Source: Dehalococcoidia bacterium
GTDB taxonomy: Bacteria; Chloroflexota; Dehalococcoidia; Lucifugimonadales; UBA3495
DNA: 64,000 nucleotides
Assembly: GCA_965222895.1 (NCBI GenBank)
Contig: CBDCVB010000002.1
Span: 1,349,663 to 1,413,662, forward strand
Direction: 5' to 3'
Part shown: positions 49,961 to 59,569 of the stretch, piece after piece
How positions within the stretch are numbered: the stretch's first letter is position 1
Layout: every line of letters begins with the position of its first letter
Made by a program: the position numbers and the translations under genes
Notes under the pieces: model-generated
Seen by the model: only the letters and a program-made list of their open reading frames with translations
The model's database searches: none
What the model was told of the DNA's origin: nothing

Positions 49961-50539
49961 ATGATGAGCGATAGCAGAGTTGATTTGCAGGCTCGCATCG
50001 CCGCGTTGGGATTGCTGGATCCCACCGACCGGCAGGAAGCGCCGAAGCGACGCGCGGCGACACCGCTGGAGACATTGGAAGGACGAACCGGCGGGTTCCT
50101 GGACAATCACAAAGGCAATGCCGACGTAATACTGGAAGCCATTCGCCGGGAGTTGTCCGCCGGGTACGGCATGACCGATTCGGTGGTGCTGGCCAAGTGG
50201 GTGTTTTCGGCCCCGGCGGCGCCGGAGATTGTCGACGAACTGGCGCAGTGCGATTTCGTGGTTACGGCGGTGGGGGATTGAGGGAGCTGTGTGGCGCGCA
50301 GTTTGCGCGATGCGGTGGAACTGGAAGACCGGGGTGTGCGGACGGTGGTAGTGCATACCGAGGCATTCTGCTCGGCAGCCGAGCAGCACATCGTATCGTT
50401 GGGCCGACCCGATTACGAAGGTTCGGTGTACATTAAACACCCGGTGGCGGCGCTGGACGAGGCAGCAATCAACCAACGCGTCGAACCCGTGGTGGGTGAC
50501 ATCGTGTCCGCGCTGTTGGGGCACCGGCGGGAGGATTGA
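49961..50539 (+). CDS. probable selenoprotein with a U-G-S-C motif (in-frame UGA at 50279-50281)
   Basis: ORFs 49922..50281 and 50291..50539 share one frame. Read through, the sequence is ..VVTAVGD-U-GSCVARSLRDAVELEDRGVRTVVVHTEAF... GGGAGGAG lies 5 nt before ATG 49961, and there is no SD before 50291. Confidence 0.6.
50295..50309 (+). other. candidate SECIS apical hairpin
   Basis: CGCGCA-GUU-UGCGCG is a perfect 6-bp stem starting 14 nt after the UGA. Confidence 0.3.
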
Positions 50540-50563
50540 TCCGGGCGGGCCGGCGGTGGAATG

Positions 50564-51754
<1,191 letters not shown>

Positions 51755-51833
51755 TTACTCGCAGTGTCCACCCGAACGCAATGCAGCGATTCAGAGGCAA
51801 GTGTTGTCGGAGGCACGTGTTGAGGGAAAGGTG

Positions 51834-52010
51834 ATGTACCTGGTTTTGTCCGATTTCCTGGTGGCGCTGAGCAGCAACGCTGGCATCTGGGCGGTTTCGG
51901 TAGTGGCGTCGATGGCAGTCACGGCGGTGGCATTGTTCATATTCTGGGATCTGGTTGGGCGGGCCGTGTCATTGACGGCGCGGGTTTGCGGCTCAATTCG
52001 GCGCGGCTGA
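51834..52010 (+). CDS. small hydrophobic protein (58 aa)
   Basis: MYLVLSDFLVALSSNAGIWAVSVVASMAVTAVALFIFWDLVG.. has two hydrophobic spans. GAGGGAAAGG lies upstream, and the gene sits directly before the TauE gene. Confidence 0.35.
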   Translation: MYLVLSDFLVALSSNAGIWAVSVVASMAVTAVALFIFWDLVGRAVSLTARVCGSIRRG

Positions 52011-52028
52011 CCCGGCAGACGAATTCCA

Positions 52029-53117
52029 GTGTATTTTCCCATCTCCGACGTTGTAATCTCGCCGCTGTTGCTGGCGTTGCTGGGGATGATAGTCGGCACG
52101 ATGACCGGCTTTTTTGGCGTCGGCGGCGGGTTCCTCATCACGGGCGGTTTGCTGGTGCTGGGCGTGCCCACCATCTACGCGGTGGGCACCGGACTGCTGA
52201 TGGTAATGGGCACGGCAATCACCAGTACCTTGCGTCACCGGCGGCTGGGCAACGTGGATTTCCGCCTGGCGATTCTCATTGTTTGCGGCACCGTGCCGGG
52301 CGGGCTGATTGCGGAGCGGGTGAACGCCGTGCTGGAGCAGGCCGGCCTGGGTGGGTTGGTCATCGGGCTGGTATATTTTGTGCTGCTGCTGGGGTTGGGT
52401 TCGTGGATGACCGGCAGCTGGTTGCGGAGACTCAATTGCAAACCAGCTGGCGCTCAGGTTGGCGGCATCGCGCAACGGCTGCACAACTTGCGGGTTGGCC
52501 CCGCAGCGATTTGGGTGCCCGGCAAGGGGCGGGTTTCGACCCGGATTCCGTTTCCAAATTCCGGCATCGCTGAAATGTCGGCGTTCGTTCCGATAACCGC
52601 CGGTTTCGCCATTGGTTTCATCGCCCTGTTGTTGGGAGCCGGCGGCGGGTTCATCCTGATGCCGTTTCTGGTGTACGGGCTGGGCGTGCCCACCGCGGTG
52701 GCCATCGGAACCGACCTGTTTCAAATTATTATCACGGGCACACTGGGAGCATTTTTGTATTCGCTGGGAGGCCACGTTGACCCGGTAATCGCAATCATCA
52801 TGTTTGCGTCGGCCTCGGTGGGAACGCAGTTGGGCGCGCTGGCGACGCGATTCGTCAACGCCAGCCGGATAATGGGCTTGTTCGGGGTAACGGTACTGAA
52901 CGCCGGCATTGCCATCGGGTTGCGCCAGTTGGCTCAGCTGCTCGACTCCGCGGTGTTGGCACAGGTTGGGCAGGCGTTGCTGCTGGGAGCATCGGGTGCG
53001 GTAGCCGTGGCCATTCTGTGTATGTTGGCCGTGTCTGCCTTCAGGCAGCTGCGGCGGGGACGGCGGCTGGCGATGCTGCGGCACAATCGGGCGGCGAGCC
53101 GTGGATTTAGAAGTTGA
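52029..53117 (+). CDS. TauE/SafE family sulfite/anion exporter (DUF81)
   Basis: ..GMIVGTMTGFFGVGGGFLITGGLLVLGVP.. and, in the second half, ..LLLGAGGGFILMPFLVYGLGVP... Confidence 0.8.
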   Translation: MYFPISDVVISPLLLALLGMIVGTMTGFFGVGGGFLITGGLLVLGVPTIYAVGTGLLMVMGTAITSTLRHRRLGNVDFRLAILIVCGTVPGGLIAERVNAVLEQAGLGGLVIGLVYFVLLLGLGSWMTGSWLRRLNCKPAGAQVGGIAQRLHNLRVGPAAIWVPGKGRVSTRIPFPNSGIAEMSAFVPITAGFAIGFIALLLGAGGGFILMPFLVYGLGVPTAVAIGTDLFQIIITGTLGAFLYSLGGHVDPVIAIIMFASASVGTQLGALATRFVNASRIMGLFGVTVLNAGIAIGLRQLAQLLDSAVLAQVGQALLLGASGAVAVAILCMLAVSAFRQLRRGRRLAMLRHNRAASRGFRS

Positions 53118-53156
53118 CGGATGGCTTGAGTTAGACTAGACTAGTCCTTGAAACTT

Positions 53157-53200
53157 CCCCGCCGTCCGGGTTTAGGCCCGCACTGGCGGGCGTTTTTTTT
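53157..53200 (+). terminator. rho-independent terminator after the TauE gene
   Basis: CCCGCC..GGCGGG outer stem with an inner CGGG/CCCG stem, followed by C and T8 (53192-53200). Confidence 0.75.
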
Positions 53201-53210
53201 GAGAGGATTT

Positions 53211-53828
53211 ATGGCACACCGCGTCGTGATTTTCGTGGATTACCAGAATGTTTATATGCGCGCCCGCGACGCATTTCATAATCCCCTTGCAGACCCGTAC
53301 TGGATGGGACAAATAAATCCTACTGAATTAGGCAGACACATTGTCGGAGAAGATGCGACTTCGGAACGGGATTTGTATGGGGTGCGCATATATCGGGGAA
53401 TGCCGAATAACGAACGAGACCCCAAAGGTTATAGAGCTGCCCGCCGTCAGATTGCGGCATGGGAGCGATAGCCCTTGGTAACGGTGACTACCAGGCAGCT
53501 CCGTTACCCTCGAAATTACCCGGATGCCAAAGCTGAGGAGAAGGGTATAGATGTTCAATTAGCCCTGGATTTTGTGATGATGGCGGTACGAAACGAGTAC
53601 GAAGTCGGGGTTCTCATGTCCAATGATACGGACTTGCGTCCCGCTCTCGAGGAGGTCATTAAACTCGGTTCCCATACTGTTGAAGTCGCTACTTGGGAAC
53701 CGCGAGAAGGCCGTCCCAGATACCACCTCCGTCTTGCACAACGCCGGGTGAACACCCAACCATACTGTCACTGGATTAACTTGGATGCTTATAACAGAAT
53801 CAGCGACGATACCAACTACGCCCTCTGA
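53211..53828 (+). pseudogene. NYN-domain (LabA-like) protein gene interrupted by one in-frame TAG (53469-53471)
   Basis: MAHRVVIFVDYQNVYMRARDAF.. then stop, then ..EEKGIDVQLALDFVMMAVRNEYEVGVLMSNDTDLRPALEEV.. in the same frame (ORFs 53148..53471 and 53475..53828). The segment is visibly AT-richer than its surroundings. Confidence 0.65.
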
Positions 53829-53838
53829 TTCAATTTGG

Positions 53839-54939
53839 TTATTGCGTCAGCCAGGCCAGCGTGTCGTCTACCAGCTCGGTGGGAATATCGCGGCGGACGG
53901 TGGCTTTGCCTACATCCTCCAGCAAGACCCAGCGGTTGGCTCCGCCGACGGTTTTCTTGTCCAGGGACATGGCCCTTCGTACTGCATCCAGGTCAATATC
54001 AGGCGCGGTGATGGGCAGATTGAACCGTTGCAGCAGGGTGCGCTGGCGGGCCACGATGTCGTCGCCAATCATGCCCATCTCCCCGGCGATGCGGGCCGCG
54101 CCCATCATGCCGACCGAGACGCCTTCGCCGTGCATGAAGCGTCCGTACTCGGTGGACGCTTCCAGCGCGTGGCCGATGGTGTGGCCGTAGTTGAGCAGAA
54201 TGCGGATGCCGAGGGTTTCGCGCTCGTCCTGGCTGACGATGTCGGCTTTGATGGCCATGCTGCGGCGGATAACTTCGGTGGATATTTCCGGTTCAACGTC
54301 CATGAGGGCTTCGGCGTGTTCCTCGAAGACATCCACCAGTGAAGGATCCAGTATGAGGCCGTGTTTGATCGCTTCGGCCCAACCTTCCGCCAGCTCGCGT
54401 TTGCCGAGGGTGGACAGTGCCTGCACATCGGCGAGGACGGCCCGGGGCTGGTAGAACGCGCCCACCATGTTTTTGGCCTGGGGCAGGTTGACGGCGACTT
54501 TGCCGCCGATGGAGGCATCGACCATTGCCGCCATGCTGGTGGGAACCTGTACGAAGGGCACGCCCCGCAGGAAGGTGCTGGCGATGAAACCGCCGAGGTC
54601 TCCGGAGACGCCGCCCCCGATGGCAACGATAGGATGTCCACGTTCCGCTTTCAGGCCGACCAGCCATTCGTAGATTTCCTGGGCCAGCTGGAATGACTTG
54701 CTGGTTTCGCCCGCCGGTATGATGAAGCAATGGGCCTTGATGCCGGCCCGCTGCAACGCCCACTGCGCGTTGCGCCCGTAGGGACGCATCACGTTCTCAT
54801 CGGTGATGATGTAGGCTGTGTCGCCGAGTCCCAACTCTGCCAGGTGCTCGCCGAGGCGTTCGATGGTGCCCCAGCCGGCAATCACCGGGTAGCTGCCGCC
54901 GGAGTGCTGTACGGTTGCGGCGAGGTCAGAGTTGGTCAT
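53839..54939 (-). CDS. aroB: 3-dehydroquinate synthase
   Basis: ..IVAIGGGVSGDLGGFIASTFLRGVPFVQVPTSMAAMVDASIGGKVAVN..NYGHTIGHALE... ATG 54939 has AGGAGG upstream. Confidence 0.92.
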   Translation of the reverse strand: MTNSDLAATVQHSGGSYPVIAGWGTIERLGEHLAELGLGDTAYIITDENVMRPYGRNAQWALQRAGIKAHCFIIPAGETSKSFQLAQEIYEWLVGLKAERGHPIVAIGGGVSGDLGGFIASTFLRGVPFVQVPTSMAAMVDASIGGKVAVNLPQAKNMVGAFYQPRAVLADVQALSTLGKRELAEGWAEAIKHGLILDPSLVDVFEEHAEALMDVEPEISTEVIRRSMAIKADIVSQDERETLGIRILLNYGHTIGHALEASTEYGRFMHGEGVSVGMMGAARIAGEMGMIGDDIVARQRTLLQRFNLPITAPDIDLDAVRRAMSLDKKTVGGANRWVLLEDVGKATVRRDIPTELVDDTLAWLTQ

Positions 54940-55546
54940 TGTTGTCCTCCTGATTGGGGAACTGTTGATTGGCGAACTGTAGACGAGGATGGGTCGGCTC
55001 AGAGTTGCGTGCGGCGTCGAAGATTTGCAGGACGTGATCGGCGACCTGCTCAGGGGTGCGGTCATCCGTGGGGACGGCGTGGTGCGCCCGGGCGTAAGAA
55101 TCGGCGCGTTCGTTGAGCAGCTGGCTGATACGCTCCAGGGGGTCGCCGTCGCCCAGCATGGGTCGTACCGCTGCGTTGGGGCTGCCGCGGGTGATTCGGT
55201 AGTGGATGGTTTCCGGACGTGCAGTCAGGCAGAATACCGTACCGCTTTCGAGAAGGATTTGACGGGTGGATTCCTGGGCGAAGGCGCCGCCGCCGGCGGA
55301 TATAATCTTGCCCCCACCTTCACACAGGGACATGGCGGCGTGGCGTTCCATGGCCCGGAATACAGCCTCGCCGTCTTCGGCGAATATGCTGTCGATGGGT
55401 TTACCGGCGCGACGCACAATCTCCTCGTCCAAGTCCGCCATCTGGCGTCCGGTGACGCGGGAAATGATGCGACCGACGTGGCTCTTGCCGGTGGCCATGA
55501 AGCCCACCAGAATGATGTTGTCTGCGACCACCGGTTCGCCAATCAC
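54926..55546 (-). CDS. aroK: shikimate kinase
   Basis: IILVGFMATGKSHVGRIISRVTGRQMADLDEEIVRRAGKPIDSIFAEDGEAVFR contains a P-loop. The gene overlaps the aroB start. Confidence 0.9.
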   Translation of the reverse strand: MIGEPVVADNIILVGFMATGKSHVGRIISRVTGRQMADLDEEIVRRAGKPIDSIFAEDGEAVFRAMERHAAMSLCEGGGKIISAGGGAFAQESTRQILLESGTVFCLTARPETIHYRITRGSPNAAVRPMLGDGDPLERISQLLNERADSYARAHHAVPTDDRTPEQVADHVLQIFDAARNSEPTHPRLQFANQQFPNQEDNNDQL

Positions 55547-55567
55547 GGGTTGAGCTGACAGCAGGTG

Positions 55568-55969
55568 TTAGGCGGGACGGGCCGGCGCCGGAGCGTAGCC
55601 CGAGGCGGTGCAGAACTCCACGCTGTTGCCATCGGGGTCGGAGATGAAGAAGTAGGCTTGCCCGTCGTAGCGAACCCCGCCGCGCAGAATTTCGAAGCCA
55701 TTGCTTTCCAGGGTGGTCTGGGTGGCTTCAAGGTCGTCCACCTGAAAAGCGTGGTGGATGTTGCCGGGTTTGGCCGGGGCTTCATCGGTCTCGATAAGGT
55801 GCACCATGATGCCATTATCCAGCTGCAGCCAGGTAATGGCGGGGTTGTCGACCTGGCTCTGGATCTGCTTGATGCCCAGCAGGTTGTTGTAAAACTCCAT
55901 CGCGCGGGCAGTGTCTTTGACCATTGTGGTCACGTGGTTGATCTGGCGAATTTCAATCTGTCCGGCCAT
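55568..55969 (-). CDS. VOC (glyoxalase/dioxygenase) family protein
   Basis: MAGQIEIRQINHVTTMVKDTARAMEFYNNLLG..HHAFQVDDLE..FFISDPDGNSVEF. GGAGGAAAT lies upstream of ATG 55969. Confidence 0.8.
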   Translation of the reverse strand: MAGQIEIRQINHVTTMVKDTARAMEFYNNLLGIKQIQSQVDNPAITWLQLDNGIMVHLIETDEAPAKPGNIHHAFQVDDLEATQTTLESNGFEILRGGVRYDGQAYFFISDPDGNSVEFCTASGYAPAPARPA

Positions 55970-56075
55970 ATTTCCTCCGGCAGGATGCGGTTGATTAACC
56001 AAATGCGTGGTGTCCCGGGCCGATTGGCGCCGTTGCCGGCGTGCGACCACCGGCGTCGGCAAAATCGTGCCGTTA

Positions 56076-56771
56076 TTATGACACAGGCAGGATGTCGACG
56101 TCGGCAGTGTGGGCGCCACTACCCTCGTCCGGCCAACCGCCGTCGCCGAGCAGGGGGACATAGCGACATACGCCCAGGCTTTCCGCCCTGAACCCCGCAG
56201 CAACCCGGCGCACACGGGTCAGAATTTGCGTATCACGGTCGCCGATGGGTATTACCAGCCGTCCGGCGTGCGTCAGCTGGCTGAGCAGCGCTTTGGGGGC
56301 AGAGGGCGCGGCGGCGGACACCAGGATGGCATCGTAGGGACCCAGGTCTGGACAACCGAGAGTGCTTGCGGAGTCAACGACATCAACGTTGGTAATGCCG
56401 CTGCGGGCGAGGTTCGCTCGGGCGCGCTGAGCCAGCTGCGGTATACGTTCAACGGACACGACGGCGCCGAAGGGCAGCAATTCGGCGAGCACGGCGGCCT
56501 GATATCCGCTGCCGGCGCCCACCTCCAGGACACGCTCGTCGCCGCTGAGTTGCAGGCTCTCTGCCGCTTTGGCCACCATGAAGGGCTGGGAGATGGTCTG
56601 GCCGTGGCCGATAGACAGGGGTACGTTGCAGTAGGCCAGTTGGCGCTGGTCGGAGGGGACGAACAGTTCCCGCGGCACGCAGCGCATGGCAGCCAGCACC
56701 GGGCTGTTTCCCAAGTGCTTTGCCAACTCGGTCAACAAACGGCTCCGCTCGATTTCGAGCTCGCGAACCAT
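56076..56771 (-). CDS. pcm: protein-L-isoaspartate O-methyltransferase
   Basis: ..VPRELFVP..AYCNVPLSIGHGQTISQPFMVAKAAE..VLEVGAGSGYQAAVLAEL..RLVIPIG... Confidence 0.9.
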   Translation of the reverse strand: MVRELEIERSRLLTELAKHLGNSPVLAAMRCVPRELFVPSDQRQLAYCNVPLSIGHGQTISQPFMVAKAAESLQLSGDERVLEVGAGSGYQAAVLAELLPFGAVVSVERIPQLAQRARANLARSGITNVDVVDSASTLGCPDLGPYDAILVSAAAPSAPKALLSQLTHAGRLVIPIGDRDTQILTRVRRVAAGFRAESLGVCRYVPLLGDGGWPDEGSGAHTADVDILPVS

Positions 56772-57009
56772 GGCAGTCCTCGGTATCTGATTCGTCTCGG
56801 CAGGCATTCGTCTCCTAACATAATATAGCACTTTCGCCACATTTTAGGCACGTTGTTGCTGCCAAGTTTCGTGGCGCCATTGCCGTTGCGCGAGAGCGTC
56901 CGTTTCAATTGACGCCCGGATGTCGTTTGACGCCCGGATGTCGTTGTGCTAGGATTGGCGCGCAAAACTAACTGCCTGCACCGGTTTGTTGAGAATTCTA
57001 CAGGTTTTT

Positions 57010-57639
57010 ATGGCAACGCGGACTCAGAACATATCGCGCTGGATGTCGTTGGGCGAGGTTAGCCGCACGCTGGACATCAATGAGGCGACGTTGCGCCAGT
57101 GGGCCGACCGGGGACGTTTGCCGGTGTTCCGGACGCCGGGCGGACATCGGCGGTTCCTGCGCGAAGATGTCGAAGCCCTGATGCAGGGTTCAGTAAGCGC
57201 CGCAACCACCGGGCCCGACCCGGAGGAGATGGTGCTGCGTCGAATCCGGCGCAAACTGAGCCAGATGGATCCGTCGGTGCAAACCTGGATTGGCGGGTTT
57301 CAGGCCGAGGGTCGCGACCGAATGCGGTTGTTCGGCCGGCGTCTATTGTCTTTGCTGTTGCAGGAAGGGCTGAACGGGCGGGGCCGACGCAAGGGTGAAA
57401 CCCTGTCGGAAAGCCATATGCTGGGCCACGAATACGGGGCCGAAATGGCAGACCGCGCGGTGTCGCTGTCCGACAGTGTGCAGGCGTTTCTGTTCTTCCG
57501 ACAGGCCGTGGTGGAAGTAGTGCGGCCGGAGCGGTTGAAGCAGGTGATTGAAATTTCGGACCGGGTGCTCCTGGGTCTGGTGGACGCATACGGGGCCAGG
57601 TTGACCGATATTGACGCAGCAGCCGACCAGAACGCGTAA
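57010..57639 (+). CDS. MerR/excisionase-type HTH transcriptional regulator
   Basis: ..MSLGEVSRTLDINEATLRQWADRGRLPVFRTPGGHRRFLREDVEAL.. followed by a helical C-terminal domain. Confidence 0.7.
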   Translation: MATRTQNISRWMSLGEVSRTLDINEATLRQWADRGRLPVFRTPGGHRRFLREDVEALMQGSVSAATTGPDPEEMVLRRIRRKLSQMDPSVQTWIGGFQAEGRDRMRLFGRRLLSLLLQEGLNGRGRRKGETLSESHMLGHEYGAEMADRAVSLSDSVQAFLFFRQAVVEVVRPERLKQVIEISDRVLLGLVDAYGARLTDIDAAADQNA

Positions 57640-57667
57640 CCCGTGGGCGGCAACAAAGAGAGGCGAG

Positions 57668-58750
57668 ATGACCACCGGAACGATGGACATTACGGACCGC
57701 AAGCTCCTGAACATTATCCAGACCGAGTTTCCGGTTGCGGAAGAACCGTACCGAGCGGTTGCGGAGCAGCTGGGCATCGCCGAAGCGGATGTTCTGGAGC
57801 GGCTGGCCGAGTTGAAACGCCAGAACGTGGTGCGTCAGGTCAGCGCGATTTTCGACACGCGACGGCTGGGTTACAAGACTACGCTGGTGGCCTTCGCCTA
57901 TGCCGACCCCGACCTGCACAGCGGGGCAATTTTCATTAACCGACACCCCGGCGTCAGCCACAACTACGCCCGGGAAGGTTCCTACTACAACCTCTGGTTC
58001 ACGCTGGCCGTGCCGCCGGATGGCGACCTTGAGGCGACCGTCCGATGGATGGCGGAACAGACCCATGCAATCGAATTTCGCGTTATGCCGACCATCCGGT
58101 TTTTCAAGATTGGCGTGAACTTCGATATGGTCAAGCAGCGCAGCGACGCCCATAACTACAGTCCTGATGGCATTGGCAACCCGCAAATTCCGTCGGCCGG
58201 TTGGGATCAGGCGCAGGCGATCACCGACTGGGATAAAGACGTGATTAGGGAGGCGCAGGAAGACCTGCCGCTGGTGTCGCGCCCGTTTGATGCCATGGCC
58301 TCTCGATTGGGGTTGTCGGTGCCGGAGCTGTTCGCCCAGTTGGCGGAGTACCAGGAGCGCAAATTAATGCGCCGTTTCAGCGCGGTGCTGCACCACCGAC
58401 GCTCCGGGTTCCGGGCCAACGCCATGATTGTGTGGAAGGTTCCGTCGGAACGCTCGGAGGAAGTGGGCATGATAATGGCCCAGAATTCGGCGGTGACCCA
58501 CTGTTACGAGCGTCCCACGTTCCCCGACTGGGAGTACAGCCATTTCACCATGGTACACGCGCCGACGCGCGACGAGTGCGAGGATATTGGCAGGGATATT
58601 GCGGCAGCCACCGGCATCAGCGACAACCTGTTGCTGTACAGCACGCGGGAGTACAAGAAGACTCGTGTTCGCTACTTCGTCGAGGACTACGAGCGGTTTT
58701 GGGATACTGCCGAGGAGGCCGAAGCATTGGCCGAGCCGGTAGGTGACTGA
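57668..58750 (+). CDS. ahbAB: siroheme decarboxylase, fused AhbA/AhbB (NirD/L-like, Lrp/AsnC fold duplicated)
   Basis: Two homologous halves. The first reads ..DITDRKLLNIIQTEFPVAEEPYRAVAEQLGIAEADVLERLAELKRQNVVRQVSAIFDTRRLGY..HPGVSHNYAR... The second reads ..DKDVIREAQEDLPLVSRPFDAMASRLGLSVPELFAQLAEYQERKLMRRFSAVLHHRRSGF..AVTHCYERP... Confidence 0.8.
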   Translation: MTTGTMDITDRKLLNIIQTEFPVAEEPYRAVAEQLGIAEADVLERLAELKRQNVVRQVSAIFDTRRLGYKTTLVAFAYADPDLHSGAIFINRHPGVSHNYAREGSYYNLWFTLAVPPDGDLEATVRWMAEQTHAIEFRVMPTIRFFKIGVNFDMVKQRSDAHNYSPDGIGNPQIPSAGWDQAQAITDWDKDVIREAQEDLPLVSRPFDAMASRLGLSVPELFAQLAEYQERKLMRRFSAVLHHRRSGFRANAMIVWKVPSERSEEVGMIMAQNSAVTHCYERPTFPDWEYSHFTMVHAPTRDECEDIGRDIAAATGISDNLLLYSTREYKKTRVRYFVEDYERFWDTAEEAEALAEPVGD

Positions 58751-58849
58751 CGTAATTCCCGGACGGCTATCCGCCACGGACGGTTGCCGCCGATGTTTTA
58801 CCGAACCTGTACCACTTGCCGATTTCTAGTTTTCGTTTGGATTGCATAG

Positions 58850-59569
58850 ATGCCTGAATACTATCCCGTCTACCTGAACCTGACCGGTAAATGCTGCGTG
58901 ATTTTGGGCGGCGGCACCATCGCGCAGGGCAAAATTGCGGCCCTCCGGGACGCCGGCGCCAGCATCACGGTGATTAGTCCGGAAGCCACCGATGGGATCA
59001 AGCGGGCCGCCCAGCGCCGGGACGTTACCTGGCTGGAACGGGAATACCAGCCGGGCGACCTGGAGGGCGCATTCATCGCCGTGGCCGCCACCAACGTGTG
59101 GCATGTGAATCGGCAGATTCATGAGGAAGCCGAGGCCAGGGGCGTATTGTTGAATGTCGTTGACGACCCCGACCAATGCTCGTTCATTGCCCCGTCGATA
59201 GTGCGGCGGGATCCTATTACGCTGGCAATTTCAACCGGCGGGGCCAGTCCTGCTCTGGCGCGCAAGATGCGCGAAGTTCTGTCCGAGGCGCGGGTGTTGC
59301 AGTGGGCCGAACTGGCTGGCGTGCTGGCCCAGGCGAGGCGGGTCATCAAGGAGCAACGGACGATCATCGACCCGACACGTTGGCAGTGTGTCATCACCGA
59401 GGAACTGTTGGAACTGACGCGAAATGGCGACGACGCTAAGGCGGTCCACATCATCCTGAATCAATTGCAGGACTCGGAGATACCGGAGATGTGCGCTGAT
59501 TTGTCGAAATGCCGTCCCGGGGGCTGTGCGAAGCGGGCCGCCCTGCGCGCTGCGGAGGCGGTAAGTTGA
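58850..59569 (+). CDS. sirC: precorrin-2 dehydrogenase / sirohydrochlorin ferrochelatase (SirC/Met8-like)
   Basis: YYPVYLNLTGKCCVILGGGTIAQGKIAALRDAGASITVISPE..AFIAVAATN..LLNVVDDPDQCSFIAPSIVRRDPITLAISTGGASPALA. Confidence 0.85.
   Translation: MPEYYPVYLNLTGKCCVILGGGTIAQGKIAALRDAGASITVISPEATDGIKRAAQRRDVTWLEREYQPGDLEGAFIAVAATNVWHVNRQIHEEAEARGVLLNVVDDPDQCSFIAPSIVRRDPITLAISTGGASPALARKMREVLSEARVLQWAELAGVLAQARRVIKEQRTIIDPTRWQCVITEELLELTRNGDDAKAVHIILNQLQDSEIPEMCADLSKCRPGGCAKRAALRAAEAVS

Noticed and set aside
51993-53084. 363-aa minus-strand ORF
   Set aside because: It is antisense to the TauE/SafE membrane protein. It encodes a Gln/Arg/His-rich polypeptide and is a high-GC artefact.
53469-53471. In-frame TAG in the NYN gene as a pyrrolysine codon
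   Set aside because: There are no pyl genes or methylamine methyltransferase context in the window, and the gene family has no known Pyl members. A nonsense mutation or read-through is the simpler explanation.
57077-58186. 369-aa minus-strand ORF spanning the MerR and ahbAB genes
   Set aside because: It crosses an intergenic gap between two well-supported plus-strand genes and has a low-complexity Arg/Pro-rich translation.
59509-59565. 57-nt N-terminal extension of hemA in the ORF track
   Set aside because: It overlaps the end of sirC. The conserved HemA N-terminus (LSLLVLGLDHRTAP) starts at TTG 59566, which has GGAGG upstream.
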